Of a stretch of 64,000 bases of DNA, positions 38,505 to 51,924 are shown in pieces; within the stretch, counting starts at the first letter, position 1, and each line of letters begins with the position of its first letter. The position numbers and the translations under genes are program-made. Under the pieces are notes generated by a model, which ran no database searches, was not told where the DNA came from, and worked only from the letters and a program-made list of their open reading frames with translations. Origin of the DNA: Marsupella aquatica (Eukaryota > Plantae > Marchantiophyta); assembly GCA_973895155.1 (NCBI GenBank), contig OZ316893.1:15344645-15408644 (forward strand). The letters run 5' to 3'.

Positions 38505-39848
38505 CTAAAATTGACTGACATAATCAAATCTATGGCCTTCTCCTTTCAAATTCCACAAGTGCTCTACTAAATTGTTTTGCAACATGTAATGTGTTTCTGA
38601 ATCATTGATTGATCTGGTGGCCGCCAAGTACTGTTTCCAGTCAAAAGTAGGCAGTAAATTTCCATGGCTTCTTGTCCTTGGTCGTTGGTTCCAATCTTGA
38701 GGTAGATTTTCTTGTCCTTTATCTTCCACAATCATATTATGTAATATAACACAAGCTATGCAGATGTCTTTGATCATAGCAGTGCTGTGAAGTTGTACAG
38801 GATTTTGAATAATTGCAAATTGAGCTTGTAGTACTCCAAAAGCTCTCTCTACATCTTTCCTTGCTCCTTCCTGACAGTTTGCAAACCATTTCCTAGCCTT
38901 GAATTGTGGCAATGCAATAGTTTGAACAAAAATTGACCATATGGGATAAATGTTGTCTGTGAGAAAATAGTACTTGCAATATTCTACTCCATTCACTCTA
39001 AATTTGCAGTCATTTGCTTCAATATGCACTCAACATATTGCTCACCAAGGGTGATCTGTCTTGTACATTGAGGTCGTTGTTGCATCCTGGAAGACCAAAG
39101 TAGGCATGCCAAAACCACAACGATTGATCTGCTACTGCTTCCAGCACAATTGATTTATCCCTATCCTTGTTTGTGAAACTTGCCAGGCAATAGGGCAATT
39201 CTTCCATCTATAGTGCATGCAATCTAGTGAGCCAAACATTCCAGGAAATCCTCTAGCTCATTGATCGCAAATTGTCTCTCGAAGTCGGATTTAGTAGGTT
39301 GTTTGAGATACTGTGCCTCGAACACCTCACGTATGGCTCTACATAATTTCTCCAGAGACTCCAAATAATGCAGTGGTCTTTGCAATTCGACAATATTCAT
39401 CCATGGCATCAGCTGAAACTCCAAGTGAGAGCTGGCCAAGAGCAGCAGTAATTTTCTGAATTGATGAAAGGCCCAACTTTCCAGCAACATCTTGCTTCTA
39501 CATAAAGTAGTCATCATGCTCACAGACAGCATCATGAATCTTCCAAAACAAGTGCCTCCTCATTCTAAATTGACGCCTAAAGTGAGTGTTTGTGTAAACT
39601 CGATCGGCTCAAAAATAGTCATCCCATATTAGTTGGTGCCCTGCCATAGAATCACGATCAATGTTCCGTTCTCTCCCAGGTCTTGATCCACCATGTACTG
39701 CCACCCTTTGCCGATTGAACCAGTCCATCAAATGCAATGGTCCATTGATTGTAGTCTCCTCCCACATTTTTTGCTCTACTTCAAGCTCTGCCATTTTGTC
39801 TTGAATCTGCTTCCTGAATTTTACATGCCATGTCAGATTTGAGGCCAT
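38505..39848 (-). pseudogene. Harbinger DDE transposase, degenerate
   Basis: LIWDDYF; IVLEAVADQSLWFWHAYFGLPGCNNDLNV; YYFLTDNIYP; QEGARKDVERAFGVLQ; ACVILHNMIVED; NLVEHLW. Confidence 0.95.
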
Positions 39849-40332
39849 GGTAGCCACTGCTATGGACAAGAAAGGATTGTGTTGGAAAACACTGAGCGCG
39901 CGCAAAGTTTCCAATTTTATTGTCGCGCATTTTAGTATCGACGTTCATCGAGTTCCAAGTCGAATTCGCGCGAAGCAGACTCTGGTTTGAACTCAATGAC
40001 GCCAGGTTCGAACTACAAAGCTGTTTGGTGCAAAAAAATTGGTGTACTGGTGGGGAACGTGACTGGGGCAGGTCTAGAGGCCGGACTGGCAAGTCTTCTT
40101 CAGCTCGCTGCTTTCCCAGATGGCGTGTCCCTTTAGCAGGCTTTGGTGGGAATGCTCTAACCTTCTGCCGAGACTCAACCTCATTGATATGCATCAGGTT
40201 CGACCACAGTTGATAGTACACTAATAGAATCAGCATCCTTAGATGCCTCATCAAATGCATTAGCTAGGTTGAACTCTGAAAGATCACATGCCTTGTCGTC
40301 AGCACAAAAATCACCAAGAAAAAGGATCTCGC

Positions 40333-40575
40333 TCTCCACATCTGAACAACCTTCAGGAGCAACTTTGTCGCTTAACTCTGCCTCCCATCTTAAGGCAATT
40401 ACATGACCAATGCTCTCAAATGAGCTCCTATGCTACGTCGGAAATAACTCCAAAGTACACAAGCTAAGCATCTCCTCTCCACATCTGAACAACCTTCAGG
40501 AGCAACTTTTACATGATCAATGCTCTCAAATGAGCTCCTATGCTACGTTGGAAATAACTCCAAAGGACACAAGCT
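40333..40575. repeat. Tandem duplication with an internal ~30-bp indel
   Basis: ctctccacatctgaacaaccttcaggagcaacttt...aatgctctcaaatgagctcctatgctacg..gaaataactccaaag.acacaagct occurs twice. Confidence 0.8.
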
Positions 40576-43500
40576 GCTCGGTCGCTACAGCCATGGGAAA
40601 ATAACTTAACATCCACAGCAATACATAAATATAGGAACTCAGGACGAAACAACAAGATCACTTGAATGACAACAATTCAATCCCAGGCTGCTGGGCGGGA
40701 TTTAATTTGCTGTGGTTCCCGAAGAAGCATGAAGTCCTGTCCCTGCCCATCTTTTAGCTCGAATATTTGATCTTGCATCATGCATAGCCTGTGGCCAGAT
40801 CTTCCATGTCTCCTGTGGCTTCTTTTCTGGTAGCTGTCAACACCCCATGTTTGACACTTCATTGCTAAGTAAAGTGTTCATTTTGAGGTAAAAAAAGGAT
40901 TGCATAGACTAACAAAAACCTTTTTTTTTCATAATAAAAGACTATTTTACTTCTTTCAATATGTTCAAGGCTAGGGAACCCTAGTTTCTTGCCTATGGAT
41001 TCCTTAAATTTTGTTAAGTGAAGAACTGACTACTGTAAATTGCCATTTGTGATTATTTGTTGAGTTTTTAAATTAATTACTAAGCCTTACGGAGTAGTAC
41101 TTTGGCTGGAATAATCATAGACTAAGATTTACAGTGTTTAGTGTCTATTTTCAACCATTTCAACTGCCTTCTAAGATTAGACCAAACCATAAGGAGAAGT
41201 GGCAATTGAAAGTAACTAAGTCCTCAGCAATGCTAGATACAAACAGTGATACCTGGGCATCACATTTCTTGTTCAAACTCAGGCCATGTTATAAGCGAAA
41301 AAATCAATTTGCTATCTTAAGATGAAGGTTTTATGGTTTATGGTGCCCACCTAGGTTTCATGCTCACTTGCATATTGGTCTCAAGAATAGCTTAGGCCCA
41401 GCTCGTGAAAAATGAAAAAAAAACTCCCAAGTGGGGCCAGCCTAGCCTGGCCTATTGTCAGGGAACATTGTGAACCTAAGAAAATCCAAGAGGATGAGGA
41501 AGCCTTCATCTATCTTTATGGCAAACTAATGCAAGATTAACTATACGCTGGTCGAATGGGACCTTTGGTCACAAGAAGACCAAACTAATCCACTTCTCTC
41601 CTTCTCCGCAATTAGTGTGCAAACTTCTTCACCATTGCTCATGCTATACTCTGTACTGTCCCAAATTTATATATTTGTTGTACATATTTCCAAGAATCTG
41701 GTAGTATTATTCTAAATTACCCTATCTTTGGATACCAGCTCAATATTTTTGTTGTACATGTTTCCAAGAGTAAATGTTTCCAATAATTTCCCTAAGAATT
41801 TCCCTATCTTGGGATGCAGGTTGTAGTTTTGAGGTACCACCATAAGAACCTCACTACTGTAGGCTGTGCAAAATATTGCAAGAAAAAGAAAACTCCAAAG
41901 GAAATACCATATCACCATAGCCATGGACCTTGTGGTCTACAGTAGCCACCCAGGCTAGAGAAGACAATGGCCAAGAAGATTTGGAGGCATCTTGGAGCAG
42001 TAAGAGACATACGTGGACTCACAAAGAAGATGGGCAGGTTTGCAAAAGATCGGCCCCATACACTTGTCACACCAATCTGCGTGCTTTCGTCCGACTTGTA
42101 AAGTTCCATTCCAGTACGAAATGCGGGACGTGTTGCGTGCCGATGCTCTCGTCTCTGTTGGGGCACCAGCTTTTTCGACACCGAGGAATCTGATGACCCA
42201 GCCTCTCAAACTATTGGAAGGCGAGCGAGCAGGGAAACTAAAAAGCAAGTAAGTAACACTCGTTTCAAGCGGAGAGCAAAGCATATCCCGAGATATGCCT
42301 CAATATACTGCCTCACTTCCATCCTAGCTATGTTTCCCCGACTCCACAGGTGCTTGCCAAGCATCACACCACTCACTTGTGCATGCTCTGCTCAGGAAGT
42401 TGTTCCGTTGAACAATAAATCCTCCAGACCTTCGAGAAAACTAGAAAACTCAGCTTCTGCCCCGACATTGAATGAATCACGTGTGGCCCAGCCGAGCCGC
42501 TGGAATGTATGGCAACGGCAGAGGTGAACTAACAAGCACGTAAACGAATGAAGAGGGAGAAAGAATGAGCGAACGAGCGACACACACATAATACACACAC
42601 AAAGCTGAAATTGCTTGACGGAGCTGATAACCCTCTGGAGTCTGGAAACAGCTACTCACTGCTTTAGGTGTGACACAGAGGCGGACAGCGCAGCACAACA
42701 GACCCTTCGCCGGGGACTTCTAAGGGATAGGCGATTGAGTCGCAATTGAGCACGCTAAGAGATTGATCGGTCGGTAACCCCTAAACTGATGGATGCCGGC
42801 GACGAAGGGGCAGTTGTTTCTTGGCAGACAGATGGGTGTGGCAAGGCCATGACCGTCACAGGAGATTTCGTGTAGCACGTACTGCACGAGAGGACGAGGA
42901 GCTCCTTGCTTGCCTCATACATATCTCGACGTAAGCGCATGGCAGTACTGTTCTGGGTTGGTTGGCAAGCAGCGTATGCAAGCATTCGTGTCGTATTCTA
43001 GCAGTATTTGTTCATTGGCCCAGATGAAATTCTTAGATTTATGAAAGGGAACCCAAATTACTCTCAATCGTCAAGAACCGCAAATTTCGGGGTTGAAGGT
43101 CGTCAGTTAATGAATGATTGTGTCTGACTTGTAAAACGATGTCTAACTGATAAGGAGGTTTTGACAGTCATTTGCGGACTCCGCCATCAGCTCATGGGTT
43201 TGTGACAAAGACCCAATTTCTGGATGGCAGAGACAGCCAGGATTAGAGCTTGTGGCTCAATTAACCTTGCATAGGGATTCTTGCGAGAAGTATCGAGGAT
43301 TGAAGTGTTTATTTTTTCGAGAGTTTTTTGGTTCTTGTCTTTCATCCTTTTGATTATCTGGGTGGTGTTGCATTGCCAGTCTTACCGTAGGCCGCCGAGT
43401 GATCTGCCAGGTTGATTCCGTCACCAAATGTATCAGACCTCGGCATGTCGCCCAGGCACACCTTTTTCTGGTCTCCGGGACTCAATCCGAGACAAATTTT

Positions 43501-44117
43501 TGGTTGCTCGCATTCAGGGTTTGTTTTAACGGAAACAAACTCCTTGTAGCAAGGCGTTGCTCTGATTACAGCTGAGCAAAAAGAACGGATTTCTGTGGAT
43601 TTTGTGTTGTGTCGCCGCTTGACGTCAATCAATTTGCTGGTTTGTCGTGAGGGTAGTCAATGGGCAAGGCACATGTGACTCGTGAAACTTAATAAGCTTT
43701 ATAACGGTCGTTTTGGGTAAATTGCTTGGCGAGTCCCAGATGCAAAGTCTGCATCCCCTGGCTTAGCTTCGCATCTCTTGAAATTCGTGGTTTAAGCAAA
43801 TCTCCTATAGTGCATTTTAGCAGGTTAATGCCAACATTTTTGTGAATCCAGTTCCAGAAGGTTGATTTCCCTCAGTTCTCGTGGGTGATATCCTGTGCAG
43901 ATTTGGCTCAGCTTTGTAAGCAGCTACCTTACCGAAGAAGATGGAAAGGACCCTTGGATGTTGTTGTCCAACTTGAAGTGGGTTGCTAGAGGCTAGTCTT
44001 TAGCGTCCGCTCGCAAGCCTTGCAATACCGTACTGCTTGGTCCAGTCGAAGGGAGACTCCAATGTGAGCTCACTAAGATAGAATTTTACGGAGCTCGGCG
44101 GTTGGTCTGTTGAAACA

Positions 44118-47100
44118 ATGGGCACCTTGACGTTACCACTTCTTATCTTTCTAGTTTGGCAGTCCGTTTTCTCTGGAGTTGTGTGCGACCTCTCACAAGT
44201 ACTGGGCGGGCAACGGCAGCTCGTTGGGGAAAATCGAGTTGTATCCCGTGTTGCGTTTGGCTCTTGTCGCAACCAGAGCGCTCCTCAGGTATTGTAGAAG
44301 TTTATGCTGATCCATGTGTGCAGGAAGACATAGTATGGCCCGCAGATACAAGTTGACGGGTCTTATTTCAAATGGAAATTTGCTATCGTGCCACTCTTCT
44401 GAAACGAGCTGTTTCATACTAAACAGCTTCAAACCCGAGAGACGATAAAATGTCATCTAAACATTTTGATGGTAGTAGATTTCTCAATTTTAGCAGCTTT
44501 CAGTGTTACTGATGGGTTTCATTTTGGCTGCAGCCTATCTGGACGTCAATTATAGAATATGATCCAGAAGTTTTCATATGGTTAGGTGACAACATATATG
44601 CCGACTCAAAATTGCCAGTGAAGTTTATTGGAAGGAAAAGAACATCTGGTCCCTGGAAGAACATTCCCCGTTTTTATCAGGTTTCCATGGAGAAATTGGA
44701 GGAAATGTACAAAATTGGGAAAAACACTCCTGGCTATGTAGCACTTCGAAAGAAAGCGCAAGTAAGTAATGTAATTGTGCGAATTTATGTGTGAAACCAT
44801 TGCTAGAAATGAAGATAATCGGGAATTGCAGATTTAAATCGCTTTTTCAGAAATGTAGGGCCCCCATGGGAGAATCTTTTAGGATCCTTTCGTGAAGGGC
44901 ACCCAAGAGTGGAAGCTGTGTAGGAAGTTTTCAGGTGTCTCTTGATGATAGAGAAATGCCTTCCTGTATCTGGAGAGCTCAAACAGCAGTGTTCTAAGGT
45001 CCTGCCCATCAATTTGTCAAACCTCTCAAAGAAACAGTCTCGACTCTGCGATGGCAGATAATTGGGACGTGGGATGATCATGACTATGGATTGAATGATG
45101 CGGGGAAGGAACTGCCTTTAAGAGAGGCCAGTCAAAAACTTATGCTCGACTTTGTGGACGAACCTAATGATAGTCCTAGGTAAGGCACACATTTCCATTA
45201 TTGTGAGTAATAAATGCAGAGATTGCTATGTGTTCCTATGATGATGTTTCTTTGACGACTTTACTTCTAATTTCAATTAATAGGAATTTGCTTAGAGGCT
45301 TCCTCAGAGGCCTGTGAAGCTCAATTGCGACGACTAGTCAAACAAGCTGGGATTTGAACTACCTTGTCATGTGCGGATGATATAGATGAGTTAGTAAGTA
45401 AGTTGATCAGTTTTAAAGTAAGTCGTAATTAAGTTAGTACTCAGCTGATCAACTAACTTAATTACGAATTACTTTAAAACTGTGTGTTACTTTTGTTCGT
45501 AAACCGGTTGGGACAGTGTTCTGCTTCTCTGCATTCTCACTAATAAGTACGATATTAATTTCGAATTAGTTTCAAGTAAAATTTCAAAACTAAGAAAACA
45601 TATAGGAGGAATCCATTCCAATTCAGGCATACATAGATTTCAAGAAGAATAAGTTGGACTACTGTTACCGGTTTAGGATCAACGTCTGTAGTAACTAGCT
45701 ACACAGCAGGAAAGGAATGGACTGCATTAGTGACTCATACTCCCTCTGCTATCATCACGACCTAACTAAGGTGCATTATTTTGATTTTAGTATAGTCCTA
45801 CACGTCATCCAGCAGTTACAACTCAATGTTTGGGTATGCAGCATAGGGTTTTGGAAAGCCCCAGAACAGTGTGCTTCAGAAGCAAGTACCTAGAGGACCC
45901 GTTAAGTAGGAAAGTTGAGCACCGTCGTTTTGACATCATATTTCAGTTGCATTCAGAATGATTATATCCTGATTGTTAATATTGACATGACTCAGACGCA
46001 AGCAGAAAGGAGTTTTTGCGTCTTACACATATGGCCCTGTCGGGAAGCGCATGAAGGTAAAGTCCTAGCCTGAGAGGTGAGAAGTGACTGCTTGCAACAT
46101 TGTTCTTGAATGAATCCTGTATTCATAAGTTAAGGCAAAACTGTGTCTTGTATCACGATTTAATGGCTGGGTTGATACTGTGACGTACTAGAAGACTATG
46201 AGGAGATCAAATGCCTTTGCACAATCATGAACTTAAAAGAAAATTCTGAAGGAGAGCCCTTTCATATATCAAACAGGTAGCTTTTATTTTGACCTGGCGA
46301 GTTATCCTTGGCTGATTTTGGTCTGATCCACTTTCCAAGAGTGCAAAGAGATTACTTTCGTTTTTTCTTTGCTTGAAGGAAGAGCAATTCTGAAGCAATC
46401 GTTCAATAGGTGATTCTTCTTGACACCAGGTACCATAGAGATGCAATGTTTAGCAATGGTGCAATGCTTGGCGAGACTCAATGGGCATGGCTGGAGCAGG
46501 AGTTAACTAAAGGGGATGCCCAAATAAATTTGATTGGATCCTCAATACAGGTGAGGCTCATGTAATGTGAACAAGAATTTTTAACCCTTTGTTAGTTCTA
46601 TTTAGGCATACAGAAGGACAGGTAAACTGATCAGAAACATCAGTCTATCCGCTATTTGGTTTTACCAAAACCAATCATTTTTGAATTTCTTGTGCATGCA
46701 GTCGTCTTTCGTACCAGTCTGATGGTTAGATGGGTCCCATTACTTGATTACTCACCTGAATATCATACGAATTGAATCAGTCCCTATCTTGTTTTACCAC
46801 AGGTGGTGTCCAACATGTCAGCCATGACACAGCCATTTTTTCACGTTGAGGCATGGGCCAACTTTCCAAGAGAACAGGAGCGAATGTATTCGCTCATTGC
46901 AAAGTCAAATGTGCGTGCTTCTCGTCTGCAACTGTGCTGCCTGATTTCTAGGCAGTGCTAAATCTTATCTTTCTCTTCTTCAAAGCTTATTTATTAATTT
47001 GTATGCAAGCTTTTTCTAATTGTCAATGGGTCACTTGGTCTCCAGGCTTTCTCATTTCTGATCCCTAGTACAGAAGTATTGACTCCGTTGTGATCGGTTG

Positions 47101-48266
47101 ATGGTTTCTGCCAGGCTAGTGGGGTTATATTTATAAGTGGTGATGTCCATTTTGGTGAAATTACACGCTATGATTGTGGGCCCATGGGGTACCCTTTGTA
47201 TGATGTTACATCAAGTGGGTTGACACAAGCCGTTGAGGAAGTTGGCAATTCTGTGGTGGCATTCATGTTGAGATTTGCTGCATGGTTAATGCCAAACACC
47301 ATGCGGGTTTACAGTAAACAATGTCGACTTAGGTCTTGTGTCTATGGTAAGACTTATCATTGGCCGTCCATTTTTTGTAACTTCTCCAGCTTTTATTCAT
47401 GTTTTCTGGACCAACTAAGATAATTGGAGATATAATGATGACTATACGATTCAGTTAATCATACTCCTGTTAGGTGAATCTTCCATTTGAGTTGATCTTG
47501 GACCGCCAAGCTAGCTTTTATTCCCTACAGGCATTGTTTTCAACATGGAAGAGTAATTGTTCTTGTCTTACATCTTCAAAACAATTATATTTTTAATTTT
47601 ATACATAGTCGGATTGATGGGTTGATTGAAATAGCATGTGAAAATATGATTCCTAAAACGAATGTGCAGGTAAACGGAATTTTGGGACTTTAGAGATTGA
47701 CTGGTATGCTGAGCCCGTTTTGGTGAAGATGCAAGTCAGAGATCTGTTGGGAAATGGAGTTTCTGGTGTAGAAATTCCATTAACAATGCTTCAACCTGGA
47801 GCTCTCGACAATAAACCTTTGCAACGAGGCGAAATCAAGAGGCATTGCACTCTGGAGATTGATCTGCCGTGGAGTCGAAGGTATTTCATGGCTTACAGTT
47901 TCGTCGGCAGTCTCATTGGTATGATATCTGCTCTTTTCTGTTCTTTTTAAGTACATCTTTACTTTGGTGTGAACTCCTGAAAAAGTCAGAGCCCAACAAA
48001 GAAATAATGTTATTATTCTTGTTTCTTATCAGGCATGGAGGTTTTCATTTCTAAGAGCAATGAATTCTACTCACAACTTCTTTCATCTCTTACTTAAATA
48101 GTAAATGATCTAGATTTCGATGCTGTTGTGGGAAGAGTACAATGTTTGGTAACGAGATCCACTTGTGATTGCAGCGCTAACGGTGACAACATGTGCATCG
48201 GGGTACTTTACTGTGAAGACATTAAGGGCTCGCAGGCGCCGTGAATCCAATCAGAAGACTGATTGA
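44118..48266 (+). CDS. PhoD-like (alkaline phosphatase D family) metallophosphatase, At5g42370-like
   Basis: Nine exons in frame: 44118-44288, 44534-44761, 45058-45179, 45996-46056, 46410-46550, 46803-46910, 47115-47346, 47670-47918, 48175-48266. N-terminal signal peptide; motifs AFGSC, WLGDNIYAD, WDDHDYG, LDTRY, LGETQWAWL, SGDVH, TSSGL; hydrophobic C-terminal segment. Confidence 0.93.
45408..45482. repeat. 31-bp inverted repeat (1 mismatch), 13-nt loop, in PhoD intron 3
   Basis: cagttttaaagtaagtcgtaattaagttagt ... actaacttaattacgaattactttaaaactg. Confidence 0.9.
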
Positions 48267-49234
48267 ATGAATGTATACTCGACTTTCAATCTGCTTGGAC
48301 CAGGCATGTAATATCTGTCACTGGTGTTCGGTTCGGCCAACTTGCTTCTCTTTTCATCTCTATCCGAAAGGGAAGTCATTGTACAGTAATTGAGCCATGG
48401 ACCTTATATTCAAATGATCATGTGCATTGTCATATTCCATGTCCTCCTGAAGTGACTACATTGGTTGGCCCAATGGATTGCTTTTGCACTCTTGGCCACA
48501 ATTCTGGATGGATTCACTTTATAGCAATTACATGAATCTGTAGAAGAATGGCTGGAAAATCCAATCATTATGATTTAAAACTTGTTGCCACAGTTCTCGT
48601 GGTACTATTGCGGCCCAATACTGCTAAGACCGAATCGTACGGCCCACCATTGTATCCCCAGTAGGGAGCCCTATTATAATTGCTCTAATTTTGATACCGG
48701 ATTCCACCTTTCAGAGCTGCATAACTCAAATCTCCATATGATCTTGTGAAAAATCCGATAGTTTTTGCTTTGCTGGGTGGATTATAAATGGGACATTTTC
48801 GTAGCGAAAACCTAGCGAAAAGAAAGGAATTTTCAAATGATAGTTAAAAGCTATATTTGAAGAGAATATTCTCATTGTCAGGCCTCTGAGCTTTCTCTGT
48901 GTGCATAATCTCAGGTATAGCTTGGACTGTGTTTAGTCTAAGGATCTTTAGAGTTTCTCTTCGTGTGCATTTTCTGACGTATAGCTTGGACAGCGTTGTC
49001 TAAAGATCTTAAAGCACAATATCAACTTTGTGTAGTCTATGGATCTTAAAGCATAATGTCGGCTTTCTCTTTCTGTGCATAATCTAAATTATGGCCTGGA
49101 CAGTGTTTTTACTTGTCGTGTGATTTTTTCTCTACATTTGATGCCCTTCATAAATTTCAGAAAGTGAAGTCATGATGGACCATGTTGGACACAGTGCTCC
49201 CATGTACCATGTTTTGGTGGTCCATGGGAGTTTT

Positions 49235-49414
49235 GTGTTTTTAATTTGATGATCACGAGTCTTAAAATATTTTTTAATTTTTTTTATAAATTACCAGGCA
49301 ACTAGAGAAAGAGGAGACATTAAAAGTGTTTTTAATTTGATGATCACGAGTCTTAAATATTTTTTAATTTTTTTTATAAATTACCAGGCAACTAGAGAAA
49401 GAGGAGACATTAAA
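49235..49414. repeat. Near-perfect ~91-bp tandem duplication
   Basis: gtgtttttaatttgatgatcacgagtctt...gaggagacattaaaa x2. Confidence 0.88.
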
Positions 49415-50215
49415 AACATAAGCCCTCATGTTTCACATTAATACAATGAAAATTAATCTAATATAATTTATTCCTACACATTCTATGATGAATAATTTAA
49501 CCAAAATGACCAAAAATTCACTGTCACTTTGTATGGAAGTGTACGTTACCTACCCCTCTAGCACATACTCAAAACTAAAAAATATTTGAATTTATGAACA
49601 TCAAGTTATTCACAGGAAATTTCATAGATAGTTTGATGTTCATGGGAGCATGAAACTCCCATGAATAACTTATGAACATCAAGTTACCCATTTCATGAAT
49701 AATATATGAACATCAAGTTATTGGTGGGATTTTCAAAAGACCACCATTGTGGTCCATGGGAACATCATTTTCCTAAATTTAATGTTTGTAATTTTTGGTG
49801 CTTTGGATATAATAATGCCTGATAACAGGGCATTATAGGCCATTATCCAGTGAAAAATAAGAACCTCTAGCTTGAATGTAGGGGGCCCAATTATTTCCCA
49901 TGGTGCCCTCTTAACAGGGGCCCACAAGTTTTTAATTTCACCTGTTTTTATAGGAGAAGTTTTATAATGCCATCTTCCATATCTGGATTTTTCATTCCTC
50001 TCTACAAACGGCACCAAAAATTACAAATCAGAAAACCTGGAAGGGGAGCAAGTACAGAAATTGTGTATTCTTCTCTACAAAGCACCAAACTCAAATTAGA
50101 AAAACTAGGAAGGGCATCAAGTAGAGAAGAATGCACGATCAGATTTGAATGACATTTTGAAACTCTAAATCTACTAAAAATAACACTCTCTTGAGCCTTT
50201 AATATCTTACCCCCA

Positions 50216-50515
50216 TGTTAAGAGGGCGTCATGGGCAATAATAGTAGCTCAAACACAAGAGATAGTTATGTGGTTCACTTCTTCATGAGCACACACAAGA
50301 GAGTTTTACTTGATTCTAAGCCATACCAAGTCTTTGCATACTGAGCTCTCTCTATCTCTTAGACTATTCCCTTACAATGAGCCTAAGTTATACTTGTCAG
50401 CTACACCGTACTAGTGAATATAGTAGTGGCATATCTAACATTAATCAAATACCTGATTATGGTTAGATTAACTACAGCTGCACAATTATTCTTGACCCAA
50501 GAGTAAATGCCTAGC
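50216..50515 (-). mobile_element. Degenerate solo-LTR remnant related to the Copia-1 LTR
   Basis: Blocks shared in order with 7739-8082: gtggttcac, cacacaagag, gccataccaag, gctctc.ctatctct, acaatgagcctaagtt, ctaacatta, gttaga.taacta; no clean TSD. Confidence 0.65.
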
Positions 50516-51924
50516 TCTTAATTCCCTTCTCAAATTCTCTCTTCCTATGTTTCTATACTTACTACAATTATGAGACTGTCATTGTTTTTTAGTGATAGTT
50601 GCTATCTTTTTACTATGCTACCCCTCTTTGTCAATGATGTTTTACTTTTGCTATAGTCACTTTAACACAACATCCGGGTGTTGTGTTTGAAATGGGACAG
50701 CACTGATATTCTAACACAACAGTCATTTTTGAACACAACGCCATGCAAGTACAAAACATGAAAATAGATAATCAAAATAAAAAACTATAATACAAGGTCC
50801 CGCCACTTTTTAAAGTGGTCCTTTTATAAATTTTATTGCTGAATACCTTGCCAAAACAAATCAAGAAGTAAAGGGTAGAAGAGAAAATCCGGAAATAGTT
50901 TCAAAAAGAAAACAAGCCGCCGCCAAAATGGAGAGAGGGAGTCTTTCTTTATCTCCCCTCATCCTCCCCATTGTACTTGCAAGTACAGTCTGGTCCCATC
51001 CGTGTCTTTCTCTATACTAGCCCCTGCCCCACAGTGGTCAAATCCTAGCCCCTGCCCCATAGTACTCACATGTGCCATGCAAGGCTACCCCATAATACTC
51101 CCATGTTCCATGCAATACACTTACGAGACCCTTGGTACTCACATGAAAACAAGTATTCTTGGCAAAACTGGCCCCTCCCCTTGGTATTCAGATGAAAATG
51201 AGTACACTCCATTGAAAAAAATGCACTGGGCAAATGGAGTGTTTTTTGAGTGAAATAGCAACGGGGTTGGAGGCCAAACTACTTGTGCAAAGTTGGGCAG
51301 GTAGCTAGCATGGTTTAGGAACGCATATAAGAGGGGACCACCATTGATGAGGGGCCACTGTATATGCCAATATCTTTTACACAATGTTATCTTTTGCGCA
51401 AGAACATCTTTGATATAAAGACATTTTTTCCACAATGATACCTATTCCACAAATGATATCTTTTACTTAATGATATCTTTCACACAACAATACCTCCTCT
51501 ATAAATGACTACTTTTACATAGCAGCATCTTTTGGGCAACAAAATCTTTCTGTGCACCCAACAGGTATTGAGCTAGTTCAAGGAGAACAGTCTCTGAATA
51601 AAGCGCGCATGACCCACTATTTCAATGCACCGTCATGGTTCTGTGTTGAGGGAAATTGGGGCAGGTGGTCCATGCGAATTGCATAGTTAGTTCATTGCAA
51701 GGTACATCCACGCTTCAACTTCAGTGACTGAGCCCATTAGAGTAGCTTGATCTCAGGGAAAATCCATATCTGTTTGAACATCAGAGACGCAATTCCTTCA
51801 TTCCATACAAAGACACGACTTAGAGCAGAGCAGAGCAGCAAAGCAAAGCAAGTGCAGAGCTCTAACCTCGTCGCCTCGAAGACGAGATTGTGGGTTTATT
51901 AGAAGGGAACAGAGTGCAGTAATT

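Larger units (their letters stand above)
36715..40157. mobile_element. PIF/Harbinger (Pong-like) DNA transposon #2, 3.4 kb
   Basis: Perfect 13-bp TIR GAGCATTCCCACC (36715-36727 / 40145-40157); TAA TSD (36712-36714 / 40158-40160). Confidence 0.95.

Noticed and set aside
41900-42700. Cluster of short ORFs on both strands
   Set aside because: No motif, splice chain or TE boundary could be supported
49195-49765. Possible MITE with imperfect TIRs (tgctcccatgtacca / tggtccatgggaaca)
   Set aside because: TIR match is weak and no TSD was found
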